Assembly (NCBI RefSeq): GCF_031769215.1
Contig: NW_026782349.1
Span: 303,634 to 367,633, forward strand
Origin: Ylistrum balloti
Lineage: Eukaryota
DNA length: 64,000 nucleotides
Reading direction: 5' to 3'
The notes under the pieces are model-generated. The model was given only the letters and a program-made list of their open reading frames with translations, searched no databases and was not told the DNA's origin. The first letter of the stretch is position 1, and each line of letters starts with the position of its first letter. Of the stretch, positions 46,171-58,040 are shown one piece after another. Made by a program: the position numbers and the translations under genes.

Positions 46171-47699
46171 ACCCAGGTAATCAGCTGTTCATTGATGTCT
46201 GCAACACTTCAGGTGAAAGGTTGAACTAATCAACAGCCAACAGTATTAACTAAAAGATAGACTAGAAAATAGCTCTGAAAAGGTCAACATCAGGAAGAAA
46301 TGGTGGTATACCAATTAATACCATCAGCCTTTAAACATGTATGTTTCCTGGTACCATGGAGATACACCAACAAGCTACAGGATGTGACAATACAGATGAT
46401 TTCAGTTAAAATTAGTTCACAGATTCCAATATATGAATAAGTTGATGTACCAACCGTTTGTAATTAATATGTATCCATGTATATACTAGTATTTGTCCAG
46501 AATTTCATTTAGTGTTGAAGATTTCCCTAACAACCAGTACTTTTTCTCTCTAAGGTATGATTATATAACTATTTCAGGTTTGTAACTAGTATTGTATAGA
46601 GACTGTTAAAGTCGATCTTGCATTGAAATATCTGTATATAACTGGAGGGTTTCTTTTGGAGTAGGTCAGCACTTTAGAACTTTTGCATCCTGAGTTGACA
46701 CCTCAAGCCTGCTAATTATTGTTTACAAGTTAATGGTGTGTCTCTTGTCACTTTTCCCCTGAGGAACACTGGGTTTTTTCGTCAGTCCATTACCTCCCAG
46801 ATTGTCTGGTATATTATCAGGAGGCCTGTGTCTAGGATAGTAGCTCGAAGGGGTGGTGTTATGTAACCATTAGTGTAAAGTACTTTATCATTCTCAGCTG
46901 ATTAAATCTGTAGGTAGTATAAAAGTGTTATGCACCTCGATATGTTAATTTTAAGATAAAGAAATTCCAATGGTTTTCATAGTTCGGGGCATTTTACAAG
47001 GAAATGGACATATGAAGAGATTTCAGTAATTTTTTTTTTTTGTAATCATAAAAGATCTGTAAAATTTTAAAACTGTGACTACTTTTGTGAATTTTAAGTG
47101 ACGCTTTTAATAACTTAAATTGAATCAACATTAAGAAAACCTTGAAGTTTGACCCAAAAGTGCAAAGTGACTCATTTGTCAATTTACATTATATAAAAAG
47201 AAACAAAATTGTGAGACAATTTCATTCTATTAATTCAGTTATACATATCCATGTAAGGGCATGGTGGCTTCTATGAAATCCTATAATGTGGTGTTTAATA
47301 GATGAGTAATGCATGATACAACACTTAAATGACATTTTCAACAATTTCAATAGACAGTTGCACTCATTTACTTCAAAGCTTGATAACATCACATTGTATA
47401 TTTAACAGAGAGTAGACAGGCATGTTAGTGTACAGCTGTTGTGAGAGGTGATCCATTCAACTTGAAGTGTAGCATTTTCTAAGAATATATTTTCCCTTCA
47501 TTATTTATGTCATCTCTTCTTTTTATAGATGTCCTCCACTAAAATCATGTGACAAGGTCAAAACAAAGGTCATTTCTTTGTCAAAAATATCTGCAATTGT
47601 TGACATCAGCAAAAACTGAAGTGGGTGGGTCTGCACTGGGATGACAAGAAGGCTTGGTGGATAAAGATTAATAATATGAAACTATGTTAATTTAATGAA

Positions 47700-49800
47700 T
47701 ATATTTACTTTCAGTGAATTGTTTGGGTTTCAATTTTAACACTTACCTTTTCTCTTCCCTGGACAGGTAAATCCATGCTTTTTAACCAGTGTGAGATGAC
47801 CTTTTCTCTTACCCTGGACATATAAATCCACACTTTTTAACCAGTGTGAGATGACCTTTTCTCTTACCTTGGACAGGTTAAATCCACACTTTTTAACCAG
47901 TGTGTCTTACCCTGGACAGGTAAATCCATGCTTTTTAACCAGTGTGAGATTACCTTTTCTCTTACCTTGGACAGGTAAATCCACACTTATTAACCAGTGT
48001 GTCTTACCCTGGACAGGTAAATCCACACTTTTTAACCAGTGTGAGATTACCTTTTCTCTTACCTTGGACAGGTAAATCCACACTTATTAACCAGTGTGTC
48101 TTACCCTGGACAGGTAAATCCACACTTTTTAACCAGTGTGAGATTACCTTTTCTGTTACCTTGGACAGGTAAATCCACACTTATTAACCAGTGTGTCTTA
48201 CCCTGGACAGGTAAATCCATGCTTTTTAACCAGTGTGAGATTACCTCTTCTCTTACCTTGGACAGGTAAATCCACACTTATTAACCAGTGTGTCTTACCC
48301 TGGACAGGTAAATCCACACTTTTTAACCAGTGTGTCTTAGCCTGGACAGGTAAATCCACACTTTTTAACCAGTGTGAGATTACCTTTTCTCTTACCTTGG
48401 ACAGGTAAATCCACACTTATTAACCAGTGTGTCTTACCCTGGACAGGTAAATCCACACTTTTTAACCAGTGTGAGATTACCTTTTCTGTTACCTTGGACA
48501 GGTAAATCCACACTTATTAACCAGTGTGTCTTACCCTGGACAGGTAAATCCATGCTTTTTAACCAGTGTGAGATTACCTCTTCTCTTACCTTGGACAGGT
48601 AAATCCACACTTATTAACCAGTGTGTCTTACCCTGGACAGGTAAATCCACACTTTTTAACCAGTGTGTCTTAGCCTGGACAGGTAAATCCACACTTATTA
48701 ACCAGTGTAAGATGACCTTTTCTCTTACCTTGGACAGGTTAAATCCACACTTTTTAACCAGTGTGTCTTAGCCTGGACAGGTAAATCCACATTTATTAAC
48801 CAGTGTGAGATTACCTTTTCTCTTACCTTGGACTGGTAAATCCACACTTATTAACCAGTGTGTCTTACCCTGGACAGGTAAATCCACACTTTTTAACCAG
48901 TGTGAGATGACCTTTTCTCTTACCTTGGACAGGTTAAATCCACACTTTTTAACCAGTGTGTCTTAGCCTGGACAGGTAAATCCATGCTTATTAACCAGTG
49001 TGTCTTAGCTTGGACAGGTAAATCCATGCTTTTTAACCAGTGTGAGATGACCTTTTCTCTTACCTTGGACAGGTAAATCCACACTTATTAACCAGTGTGT
49101 CTTAGCTTGGACAGGTAAATCCACACTTTTTAACCAGCGTGGGATGACCTTTTCTCTTACCTTGGACAGGTTATACCACACTTTTTAACCAGTGTGTCTT
49201 AGCCTGGACAGGTAAATCCACACTTTTTAACCAGTGTGAGATTACCTTTTCTGTTACCTTGGACAGGTAAATCCACACTTTTTAACCAGTGTGAGATTAC
49301 CTTTTCTCTTACCCTGGACATATAAATCCACACTTTTTAACCAGTGTGAGATGACCTTTTCTCTTACCTTGGACAGGTTAAATCCACACTTTTTAACCAG
49401 TGTGTCTTAGCCTGGACAGGTAAATCCATGCTTATTAACCAGTGTGTCTTAGCTTGGACAGGTAAATCCATGCTTTTTAACCAGTGTGAGATGACCTTTT
49501 CTCTTACCTTGGACAGGTAAATCCACACTTATTAACCAGTGTGTCTTAGCTTGGACAGGTAAATCCACACTTTTTAACCAGCGTGGGATGACCTTTTCTC
49601 TTACCTTGGACAGGTTATACCACACTTTTTAACCAGTGTGTCTTAGCCTGGACAGGTAAATCCACACTTATTAACCAGTGTGAGATTACCTTTTCTGTTA
49701 CCTTGGACAGGTAAATCCACACTTATTAACCAGTGTGAGATTACCTTTTCTGTTACCTTGGACAGGTAAATCCACACTTATTAACCAGTGTGAGAGAACC
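47700..49800. repeat. Higher-order tandem array about 2.1 kb: alternating 55-bp and 42-bp subunits (about 97-bp HOR x about 21), 1.5 kb downstream of TEP1 stop
   Basis: gtaaatccacactttttaaccagtgtgagattaccttttctcttaccttggacag alternates with gtaaatccacacttattaaccagtgtgtcttaccctggacag. Confidence 0.95.
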
Positions 49801-51445
49801 TTTTCTCTCATCCTCAGATTGTCAGGTCAATGATATGATGTCACAGTAACAACTCACTGATGTCATGTCACGTGTACCTAATAAAGCCAGCAGCGTAAGA
49901 GAAAAATTATCATTTACCCACTTGTTGATGAGATGAGGTGATCACAACCCTTAGAAAAGATGTTTAAGTTGCAAACACTTGCTAAGCCACATGTTTGCTA
50001 ACTTATTTGCCTTTCCCCTCGGGCTGAGATTCACCTAATTCTATACTGATGTATACAAATGGATCACTCGTAACTTAACCATTAAAAATGCACAATTTAG
50101 TCAAATAACTTGAAATCAACCAGATATGAAATAAATTACTTCGAATTAAATTGTGCTTCATTAATGATAAGAAATATTGTAAATAGTGTCTGCTATGATG
50201 AGGTGTTTTTTTTTCTTGGAAAAGCCAGTGGTACATTTGGACTAGAGACCTTGATCGCACAGTAAAGATTCTATTAGAAGAATTGCAATATGATTACATT
50301 TATACATCAAATAATTCACCCATTGGTGCTGATAGCTGAGACATTGATGAAAAAATGGTATTTGATTAGAAGAAAAAGCTGATGTGGAAAGTAGATGACA
50401 GATGTATGAATTTATGTCCATCTCCAATAACTTAGAGTGTTGGAATACTGTAAACAAAACTAAAATGTGTAGCCATACAAGTCAAGATTTCCTTATATGA
50501 TTAGTAAAATATAAAGAAAACCTTGGTAGGTGTCACATTTCAGCATAGATTGCTCATAAGGTGTATCAAACTAATTTTATTTGTAATGGGAACTTAGACT
50601 GTAATGTGGTACAGAAAAAAAAACTTGTTTAATTCTGTAGGGCTAGTTTATTGGTATTTAATTTCATACAAGTCGATGAACTGGTGTCCTATAACAGACA
50701 TAACAGCTATTTTCTGAGATTTTCATTCACTGCAAATATGTTCACCATGTAATCCATTTTATGCTATATTTATTATTAAAAATTATGCAGGATATATGAC
50801 GGCAAAAAGGCCTTTTATTACTTTACAGAATTGTATATCATCATCGACCATGGTGAGTCATATAATGTCATTAAAAGTAGGTTTTGCAAAGAATCAGAAA
50901 TATTTATGCCTCTGAATGACAAACTGTAATTCATATGTATTTTTCTATACTCCTTTTCATTATGATGATATATATGTTATAATAGAATGTATTCAAATGA
51001 AAAGAAATATCACAGAAAAATAGTGATACATACATTGTTCTTCATCTTATAAGTTTTAATTTTCTTTGTAAATTGTATATTGTTGTAAATAAAAGTTACA
51101 AATAATTCATAGTCAGAAACCAACAAAAGTGCTTGACTAAATAAGATTTGTTTTCTATTGTGATTGATCTGGTTTTTTTTAAGCAAGTATATTTTGATAA
51201 GGCTGTGTATGTGTATATAAATCAAGATGTTTTCATCCTAAAATAAAATAAGGATATTTTCGTTTTTTGTGATAGATGTGAGATATGACATTTTAATTAC
51301 CTCTTGTCTTACTTACCTGCTGAATTGTTTGTGTCGTGATACAATTGCAAATGCACCTAATCACGGGACTGCCTAAGAAATAACAACAGCACAACTAGTA
51401 TAAATCCTGGAATATTCTGGAATCATCTCTGTTTTCATCACTTAG

Positions 51446-51470
51446 ATTCATTCATTCATTCATTCATTTC
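51446..51470. repeat. (CATT)6 microsatellite = (AATG)n 3' tail of the minus-strand LINE
   Basis: Perfect tetranucleotide repeats about 200 bp past the ORF2 stop on the element strand. Confidence 0.8.
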
Positions 51471-51674
51471 TTTATTCCTCCAAAAGATGAAGAGTTACAA
51501 ATAAATGAAAAAGATATTAACATATTTTAAGATACATGTACACAAGATAGTGAGATTAGTTGTCGATCAAATAAAGAAGTAAATATCCAGAAAGAGAAAG
51601 TGAGCAATTAAATTACTAAAGCATTCCAAATGACACCAATGCAGTCGATGATAGCAACCTTTTATCAAAAGAAG

Positions 51675-54600
51675 TTACTGAAATGTAAGGCGAGACACCT
51701 TTTCGGAGAACACACAACAATCACGTAAAAAGTGGAAGAAAAGGTCATCGTATCCTCCGAAAATGTCTTGAATATTTTCGGGAGGAGAACAGAGAAATGT
51801 GGCTACCTGAGCCTCACGAGAAGCCTGGTCAACAGTTATATAAACATGTACAGGGTAATCATTTACAATTTTGGTAAATATATCATCACGTAGAGACAAA
51901 ATATCTATATGTGAGCAGTCTAATAAACAATGTGCGACTGCGTCATTTACAAACGTGCTGCACTTTGCACACATTAGCTGACAAGAAGGAGACATAGTCC
52001 ATAATTTAGCAACGCTAGCACAAATGTTATCCAAAGATGGGAAACGTTTTGAAAGAAGCCAGATATTTGAAGGCCTAATTTCGATTTGCAAATAGTTAAA
52101 CCTAGAAAAGTCACTGCTGAGAAGAAGACGTTGTTTCCAGTCAGTAGTGTAATTACGCAATAAGACATTTTTTGTCAAAAATTTCCATTTTTGTTTCGAT
52201 GGAAAGTACCCTGATTGCAAAAATGTATGTAACACATCAAGTAAATCATGCTCATGAAATATGTTCAAAACATCTGAGACAAGATTTTTTTCTTCTTTAC
52301 AGACTTCAAAATAACTATGAAAAAGACGAAGCATAAACAATCTTTTAGCGGAAAAATGAGTATCAAGTCTACATAGACTAGCAAAAAAACGAAGTTTGGC
52401 TAAATCGACCTCGACTTGTATAGAAGTAAGACCTAACATGCTTAGAGCGATGTCTGAACGTGTGCGACGAGAGAACCTTTGAATGAGTTTTGCACAAAGG
52501 TGATGTACAGTTTCAATGCGAGACCAGTCTGAATCTGTCAGAGAAAACCAGAGTTCACAGCCGAAGAGGCATCTTGGCATAACAACAGACTTGTATAATT
52601 TCACACCCGTGATAGGGTTCATACCAGTATCAAAAAAGTTGCAGTTAAGTAGCGCAAAACATTGACTGCGTAGCCTGTTAACAATGTCATGGATATCTGG
52701 AGATCCAATTTTGAACTTGTTAAGAAAAATGCCGACATGTTTCGTATTGGCTGACTCCGAAACAATCCCATTACCCAGAACCCATTTTCGGGTGTTTTTG
52801 GAATAGGCATTTTTGCTTTCATTAAAGACAATGACAGTTGACTTAGATGCATTATACATAAAACGCCACTTAATGCTGTACGCATAGCAGACATCCATAA
52901 GATTGTCCAGGCCACGTTTACAAAGTGAGAGCAATGTGATATCGTCGGCTTGCGTCGGGCAAGTGACGTTGGTGCCATGGATAGAAAATGAATAACTTGA
53001 TGAGCACAGTTCATTCAGTAAATCATTAATAAAAACAGTGTACAGCCAAGGGGAGATAATGCTTCCCTGACGCGTGCCCTGGCAAACTTTGAACCAATCG
53101 GAAACAAACCCTTGATGAAGAACGGCACTAAACATATTTTCGTATAGTGAAGCAATAATATGGACGAATTTCGAGTTAAAACCAATATTAGCCAATTTAA
53201 ACAAAAGGCCATTATGCCAGACGCAATCAAAGGCTTTGGCAGCGTCAAGGAAGCAAGCAAACAACTTACTTTCGTTTTCACGGGCATAGGAAATCGATTC
53301 ATGTACTAAGAAAGAGGTCATTGTACTACTGACATTCTTTTGAAAACCATTTTGCAAAGGATTAATCTTGAAGAGATCTGTTGCCTCTAAACGCACCAGT
53401 AGTAATTTTTCAAAAACTTTTGAAAGAACAGGAAGTAAGGAAATTGCTCGATAACTATCAGGGTCACATTTAGGTTTGTTATGACCTTTGTATAAAGTAC
53501 AAATAAGCCCCTTGGTGAGCAAAGGTGGAACATATTCTAATCTGTGGAAGGCGTTGAACAACATGCATAGGCAATAGTACAAAATATCATCAGCAAAAAT
53601 TAAGTGTTCATAGACTATGTGATCATATCCCGCCGCCTTGCCTGTAGGGAGTGTCTTGCAGACGCGTTTGACCTCATCCAAAGAGAAATCTTCAAAAGAG
53701 ACATTACCTAAATCATGGGTAGAAAGAATACGTTTTACAGAGTCGTCAATTTTTTCCTTAAACTGGGCATCGAAACACTCGCAGGATGAATAGGAATAAA
53801 CATCTGCAAAATATTTTCCCCAGAGAAGCGCAAGTCGGCTAGGATCTCGGATAACGTCGCCGTTAAAATTCATTTCAGCCCCAGCGACGCCCGATGTTTT
53901 TGAGCAACGTTTTCTTACCATCGACCAAAAAGACTTCTGATTCAGATCAGCATAGTTTTCAATTTCAGTATTTAAATTAACAATGTGTTCCTCGGACACC
54001 TGTCTGTGTCTGTTTCTGAAAACACGTTTGGCTTCCTTATAATTACGGTAGGATAAGGAATTACGGGGTCGACCTTGACTGACCCACACTTGACGACACT
54101 TCCACATGTTACGATGAAGATCTCTGAGCTTATCGTTCCAATAAGGTTTCAAGAATTTACAAAATTTACGTTTTGGCAAAGTATGCTCTGATGCTTTTAG
54201 CAAACACGACAGAAGCTCGCGTGAGTAATCGTCAACCGCTTCCTTGGAATTAAATTCCTGTACAGTGTGGAGGGATGAAAGATTGATACGTGAGACAAGA
54301 TCTTGACGGTAGTCATCAACATTCCTTGCGACTCCTGTGGTGATCCATTTGAAAGACAAACGATAGTGTTTTTCACAAGAATTTTCGTCTGAAGCCAACT
54401 TAGGAAATACCAATTCACAAATCATCGGTCTGTGGTTCGACACGTCAAGGTAACCACGTTCTAAAATAGAGCATTCACTCACAAGATCTAACAAGTTAGT
54501 GTTAATTATAATGTGGTCAATAAGGGAGGTAGGACCGTCAATTGAGTGAACATATGAATGTAAAGGACCTTTACAGAGGTTGGAAGTTGACAGCGCAAAC

Positions 54601-55208
54601 AACTGTAAACGGTCTAGACAATTTTGAAGAATTCTTCCACGTTGATCTTCGTATCCGGGAACACGTGAGCCTTGTAAACGGGCATTAAAATCCCCCATGA
54701 TAATTACAGGGCCATACAAGGAAAAAGTCGAGCAGAGCTCATCTAGCTTTTGAACATATTCGATGTACATGTCCATGCCGTATCGGGATGTCGGAAAATA
54801 AACTTGCAGGATATGAATAGTTTCGAAGTCAAGGACGAGTTTGATAATGACAATCCTGTCATCATCGGAGTCCACAACTGACACACGATCGTTAAATTTA
54901 CTGTGCCACATCAACGCGACGCCTCCTTTACGAGAACGATGGTCAGCTAGCGGATGCAGTGAAAAGTCTGAAATGGCGAAATAATGGTAGTTATGATGAA
55001 TACTACCGAATAAATGTAGGTTCTCTTCATAAAGCCAGTGTTCAGATATTCCACATATGTCCACGCGTTCCGTCGTCAGCGCGTCATGAAGATGAGAGGC
55101 AGCTGACATTATGCCAGTAACGTTCCACGACATCAAGCGAATGTTTGACATAACCAGGGCAAAGATGGATAAACTGAGAATGTAAACCGATCTAGTCGAA
55201 CCCGCCAT
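51675..55208 (-). CDS. LINE ORF2 protein, 1177 aa: apurinic-like endonuclease + reverse transcriptase + Cys-rich C-terminal domain
   Basis: Uninterrupted ORF with conserved endonuclease and RT catalytic motifs (YADD-type QADD). Confidence 0.9.
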   Translation of the reverse strand: MAGSTRSVYILSLSIFALVMSNIRLMSWNVTGIMSAASHLHDALTTERVDICGISEHWLYEENLHLFGSIHHNYHYFAISDFSLHPLADHRSRKGGVALMWHSKFNDRVSVVDSDDDRIVIIKLVLDFETIHILQVYFPTSRYGMDMYIEYVQKLDELCSTFSLYGPVIIMGDFNARLQGSRVPGYEDQRGRILQNCLDRLQLFALSTSNLCKGPLHSYVHSIDGPTSLIDHIIINTNLLDLVSECSILERGYLDVSNHRPMICELVFPKLASDENSCEKHYRLSFKWITTGVARNVDDYRQDLVSRINLSSLHTVQEFNSKEAVDDYSRELLSCLLKASEHTLPKRKFCKFLKPYWNDKLRDLHRNMWKCRQVWVSQGRPRNSLSYRNYKEAKRVFRNRHRQVSEEHIVNLNTEIENYADLNQKSFWSMVRKRCSKTSGVAGAEMNFNGDVIRDPSRLALLWGKYFADVYSYSSCECFDAQFKEKIDDSVKRILSTHDLGNVSFEDFSLDEVKRVCKTLPTGKAAGYDHIVYEHLIFADDILYYCLCMLFNAFHRLEYVPPLLTKGLICTLYKGHNKPKCDPDSYRAISLLPVLSKVFEKLLLVRLEATDLFKINPLQNGFQKNVSSTMTSFLVHESISYARENESKLFACFLDAAKAFDCVWHNGLLFKLANIGFNSKFVHIIASLYENMFSAVLHQGFVSDWFKVCQGTRQGSIISPWLYTVFINDLLNELCSSSYSFSIHGTNVTCPTQADDITLLSLCKRGLDNLMDVCYAYSIKWRFMYNASKSTVIVFNESKNAYSKNTRKWVLGNGIVSESANTKHVGIFLNKFKIGSPDIHDIVNRLRSQCFALLNCNFFDTGMNPITGVKLYKSVVMPRCLFGCELWFSLTDSDWSRIETVHHLCAKLIQRFSRRTRSDIALSMLGLTSIQVEVDLAKLRFFASLCRLDTHFSAKRLFMLRLFHSYFEVCKEEKNLVSDVLNIFHEHDLLDVLHTFLQSGYFPSKQKWKFLTKNVLLRNYTTDWKQRLLLSSDFSRFNYLQIEIRPSNIWLLSKRFPSLDNICASVAKLWTMSPSCQLMCAKCSTFVNDAVAHCLLDCSHIDILSLRDDIFTKIVNDYPVHVYITVDQASREAQVATFLCSPPENIQDIFGGYDDLFFHFLRDCCVFSEKVSRLTFQ

Positions 55209-56874
55209 CAGGTGTGGGCGCGTTTTCAGCCTCGTTTCCGTAGAACCGGTTATTGGAAACCCATTTCCGACACCTGATACCTTTGGGCCAGAAGTTGTCT
55301 TCCTTCGTTTTGGGGAAATCAGAAGAAATAACGTTCACCCTAGCAGAGACACAGAACTTTCGCTTACTTCTAAGAAGGCGAACAAAAGTGGTATTGACCC
55401 CACGGTCATGTAGGTAACTTCTTATATCGTCAACAGAACAAGATTCCGCTGACATACCGGTAAGAAATAAACGTGTAGTTTTGTGTCTGGAAACCGCCAC
55501 AAAACCACAAGATGATCCATGAGAATTTGCCGGCGGAGGAGTTCTCGCTCTTTGGAGACCATCTGGACTAAGTGAGCTGGGAGGCGACTGTATTAACTGA
55601 GATGACAGCTGGCCACAAGATGGGTTTGTATGAGAAGACGAACCATCATTAGGCGATGACAGAGCATAACCTTGAGAAGTGGTCTCATCACATGAAACGG
55701 TCCTTCCTTCATCCTGTACAGAGGAGGTTTGGACATCATGACGGTGAAAAGCCTGAGAAGGATCAAGACGAGCTGCATGTGGGGCTGTATGAGGAATGTT
55801 AGGAGGCGAAATGCCTTTCTCAGTCGGGAGCGGCTTTAAGCCATCGTGGACAAATTCCTCAAACTTGGTTAACTGAGCACTAAGTTCCTCGGCGAAAGCT
55901 TTCACAGCAATGTCAGTTGTGTGTTTTGCTTTTCCTGCAATATTTTTCATCTCTGAGTCCATTTGCCGGATGCGAGATTTAAGAGACGAAACACCACTAG
56001 AAGCCGAGGAGGCATTGGTTAAGGCAGTCTGGACGTCCTTAGCGAAGGTAGCGATCTGATCGTTCATATCTCGAATGTCTTTGTGAACAGCCGACGAATT
56101 GCCAAAGCGGACGTCGTTCAGGCGCGAGATACCGCTGCTGTTATCGTTGATTAACTTCGAAATGTTGCCGATCTCAGAAGCAGTCGACTTCCTAAATTTT
56201 TCCAGAGAAAGTAATTTGGAAGCTATCAAGTGGATATTATCAGCAAAATACGACTGGGGAGAACTTTGCTTAATGTCAATGTCAAACACTTTATTAATAG
56301 ACACACAAGCTTTATTTAACTGTGATTTAAGGGATGACATTTCTTGGTCCAGTTTCTTTTGAAGCTCCAACGCCGAGTCAATACGGACTTTGGAAGTCTC
56401 CCTGGATTCGTGAAGCAAAGCGTGCAAATTTGCCACCTCAAGCTTAAGTGATTCAAACTCGGAGCGCGAGATAGGGGCAGGCTGCTCTATAACGTTGCTC
56501 GAACAGTCCAAAACCGAAGTTTCTAGCTGACTATTCATCCTTGGAAGTTTTTGAGAGGAGAAAAGATCTACTATCTCACAAACGGATTCGCCATCCAAGA
56601 ACTGTTGTAAAGCGAAACAGTCTTTTGCATATTTCAAGTAGGCTTGACACTTGAGGGTATTCTTACGAGTAACGAGAGTAGAGGTCGGGCAACCGTCAAT
56701 ACCCTTAGCGCGGTCGAAAAGAATGGCCCGGTACCAGGCAATTTTACTTTCAGCATTTGATGAAAGTTCACAGAGTTTGGCAATGTACTCATTTTTGGGA
56801 AGCTTGAATAAAGAATCGTCAAACGATTTCGCAGCAGGAGACGGGTCTTGAGAGGACTCACTGATTGACGCCAT
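55192..56874 (-). CDS. LINE ORF1 protein, 560 aa (coiled-coil-rich middle, Ser/Pro-rich region, basic C-terminal domain FVRLLRSKRKF...)
   Basis: Uninterrupted ORF immediately upstream of ORF2, overlapping it by 17 nt in a different frame. Confidence 0.75.
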   Translation of the reverse strand: MASISESSQDPSPAAKSFDDSLFKLPKNEYIAKLCELSSNAESKIAWYRAILFDRAKGIDGCPTSTLVTRKNTLKCQAYLKYAKDCFALQQFLDGESVCEIVDLFSSQKLPRMNSQLETSVLDCSSNVIEQPAPISRSEFESLKLEVANLHALLHESRETSKVRIDSALELQKKLDQEMSSLKSQLNKACVSINKVFDIDIKQSSPQSYFADNIHLIASKLLSLEKFRKSTASEIGNISKLINDNSSGISRLNDVRFGNSSAVHKDIRDMNDQIATFAKDVQTALTNASSASSGVSSLKSRIRQMDSEMKNIAGKAKHTTDIAVKAFAEELSAQLTKFEEFVHDGLKPLPTEKGISPPNIPHTAPHAARLDPSQAFHRHDVQTSSVQDEGRTVSCDETTSQGYALSSPNDGSSSHTNPSCGQLSSQLIQSPPSSLSPDGLQRARTPPPANSHGSSCGFVAVSRHKTTRLFLTGMSAESCSVDDIRSYLHDRGVNTTFVRLLRSKRKFCVSARVNVISSDFPKTKEDNFWPKGIRCRKWVSNNRFYGNEAENAPTPDGGFD

Positions 56875-57349
56875 GATCGGAACTGGTAATAATGCTTGAA
56901 ACTACAAACACGTACGTGAAAATATAAAGTTATTGCGACCAATAAAGGGAGACGCAGTTTCGCCTCCGTGAGCACAATGGGCAACACAGCTTAATAATAG
57001 CGGATCATCAGACCGTGACGAAAATTCCAGCGTACCCACTCTACTGTAATATGGTGTGTATATACAAAACTACCTATATAGCGAGGCTAAATATAGAGTG
57101 TATGAAGTCATATAGTCACACCAAAAAACACTCAATAGCAGATCAGAAGTTTTTCCAAAATGACACAATGAGTCAAATTCAACACTTTATCAACCGTATA
57201 TATGTATATACCTTGTATCTCCAGGAAGACCGTATAAATGTAGGTGAGAATACAAAAGATTGCCGGAGCGAATTCAAGGCGACCGCCATCCTCCTCGGCC
57301 TCGTTTTCATACTTAGATTAGATAAAGAGATTTTTAGAAAACATTTGAA

Positions 57350-58040
57350 AGCACAATTAACAAAAACATTGCATCAACAAATTAACAGATATACCATCAA
57401 CAAATTAACAGATATACCATCAACAAATTAACAGATATACCATCAACAAATTAACAGATATACCATCAACAAATGAACAGATATACCATCAACAAATGAA
57501 CAGATATACCATCAACAAATGAACAGATATACCATCAACAAATTAACAGATATACCATCAACAAATGAACAGATATACCATCAACAAATTAACAGATATA
57601 CCATCAACAAAATACCATCAACAAATGAACAGATATACCATCAACAAAATACCATCAACAAATGAACAGATATACCATCAACAAATTAACAGATATACCA
57701 TCAACAAATTAACAGATATACCATCAACAAATTAACAGATATACCATCAACAAATGAACTGATATACCATCAACAGATATACCATCAACAAATTAACATA
57801 TATACCATCAACAGATATACCATCAACAAATTAACAGATATACCATCAACAGATATACCATCAACAAATTAACAGATATACCATCAACAAATGAACAGAT
57901 ATACCATCAACAAATGAACAGATATACCATCAACAAATTAACAGATATACCATCAACAAATTAACATATATACCATCAACAGATATACCATCAACAAATT
58001 AACAGATATACCATCAACAAATTAACAGATATACCATCAT
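57350..58040. repeat. 23-bp minisatellite x about 30 (caacaaattaacagatataccat / caacaaatgaacagatataccat)
   Basis: Lies 0.5 kb upstream (5') of LINE ORF1 on the element strand. Confidence 0.95.

Larger units (their letters stand above)
51446..57000 (-). mobile_element. Full-length-looking non-LTR retrotransposon (LINE, APE-type) with ORF1 and ORF2; 3' end marked by (AATG)n microsatellite tail (seen as cattcattcatt on + strand 51446-51470); 5' limit uncertain
   Basis: Two long overlapping minus-strand ORFs. ORF2 carries APE endonuclease motifs (SWNVTGI, GDFN, SLIDHI), RT motifs (FLDAAKAFD, QGSIISPWLY, QADDITLL) and a C-terminal CxxC..HC..C region. A microsatellite lies at the 3' end. Confidence 0.85.

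Noticed and set aside
51974-54418. Short ORFs (64-131 aa) inside LINE ORF2 in other frames
   Set aside because: Nested alternative-frame ORFs within a 3.5-kb coding region; no independent support.
57015-57431. 138-aa plus-strand ORF upstream of LINE ORF1
   Set aside because: Runs into the 23-bp array. Low-complexity, no recognisable domain. Probably LINE 5' UTR or flanking sequence read in the wrong strand.
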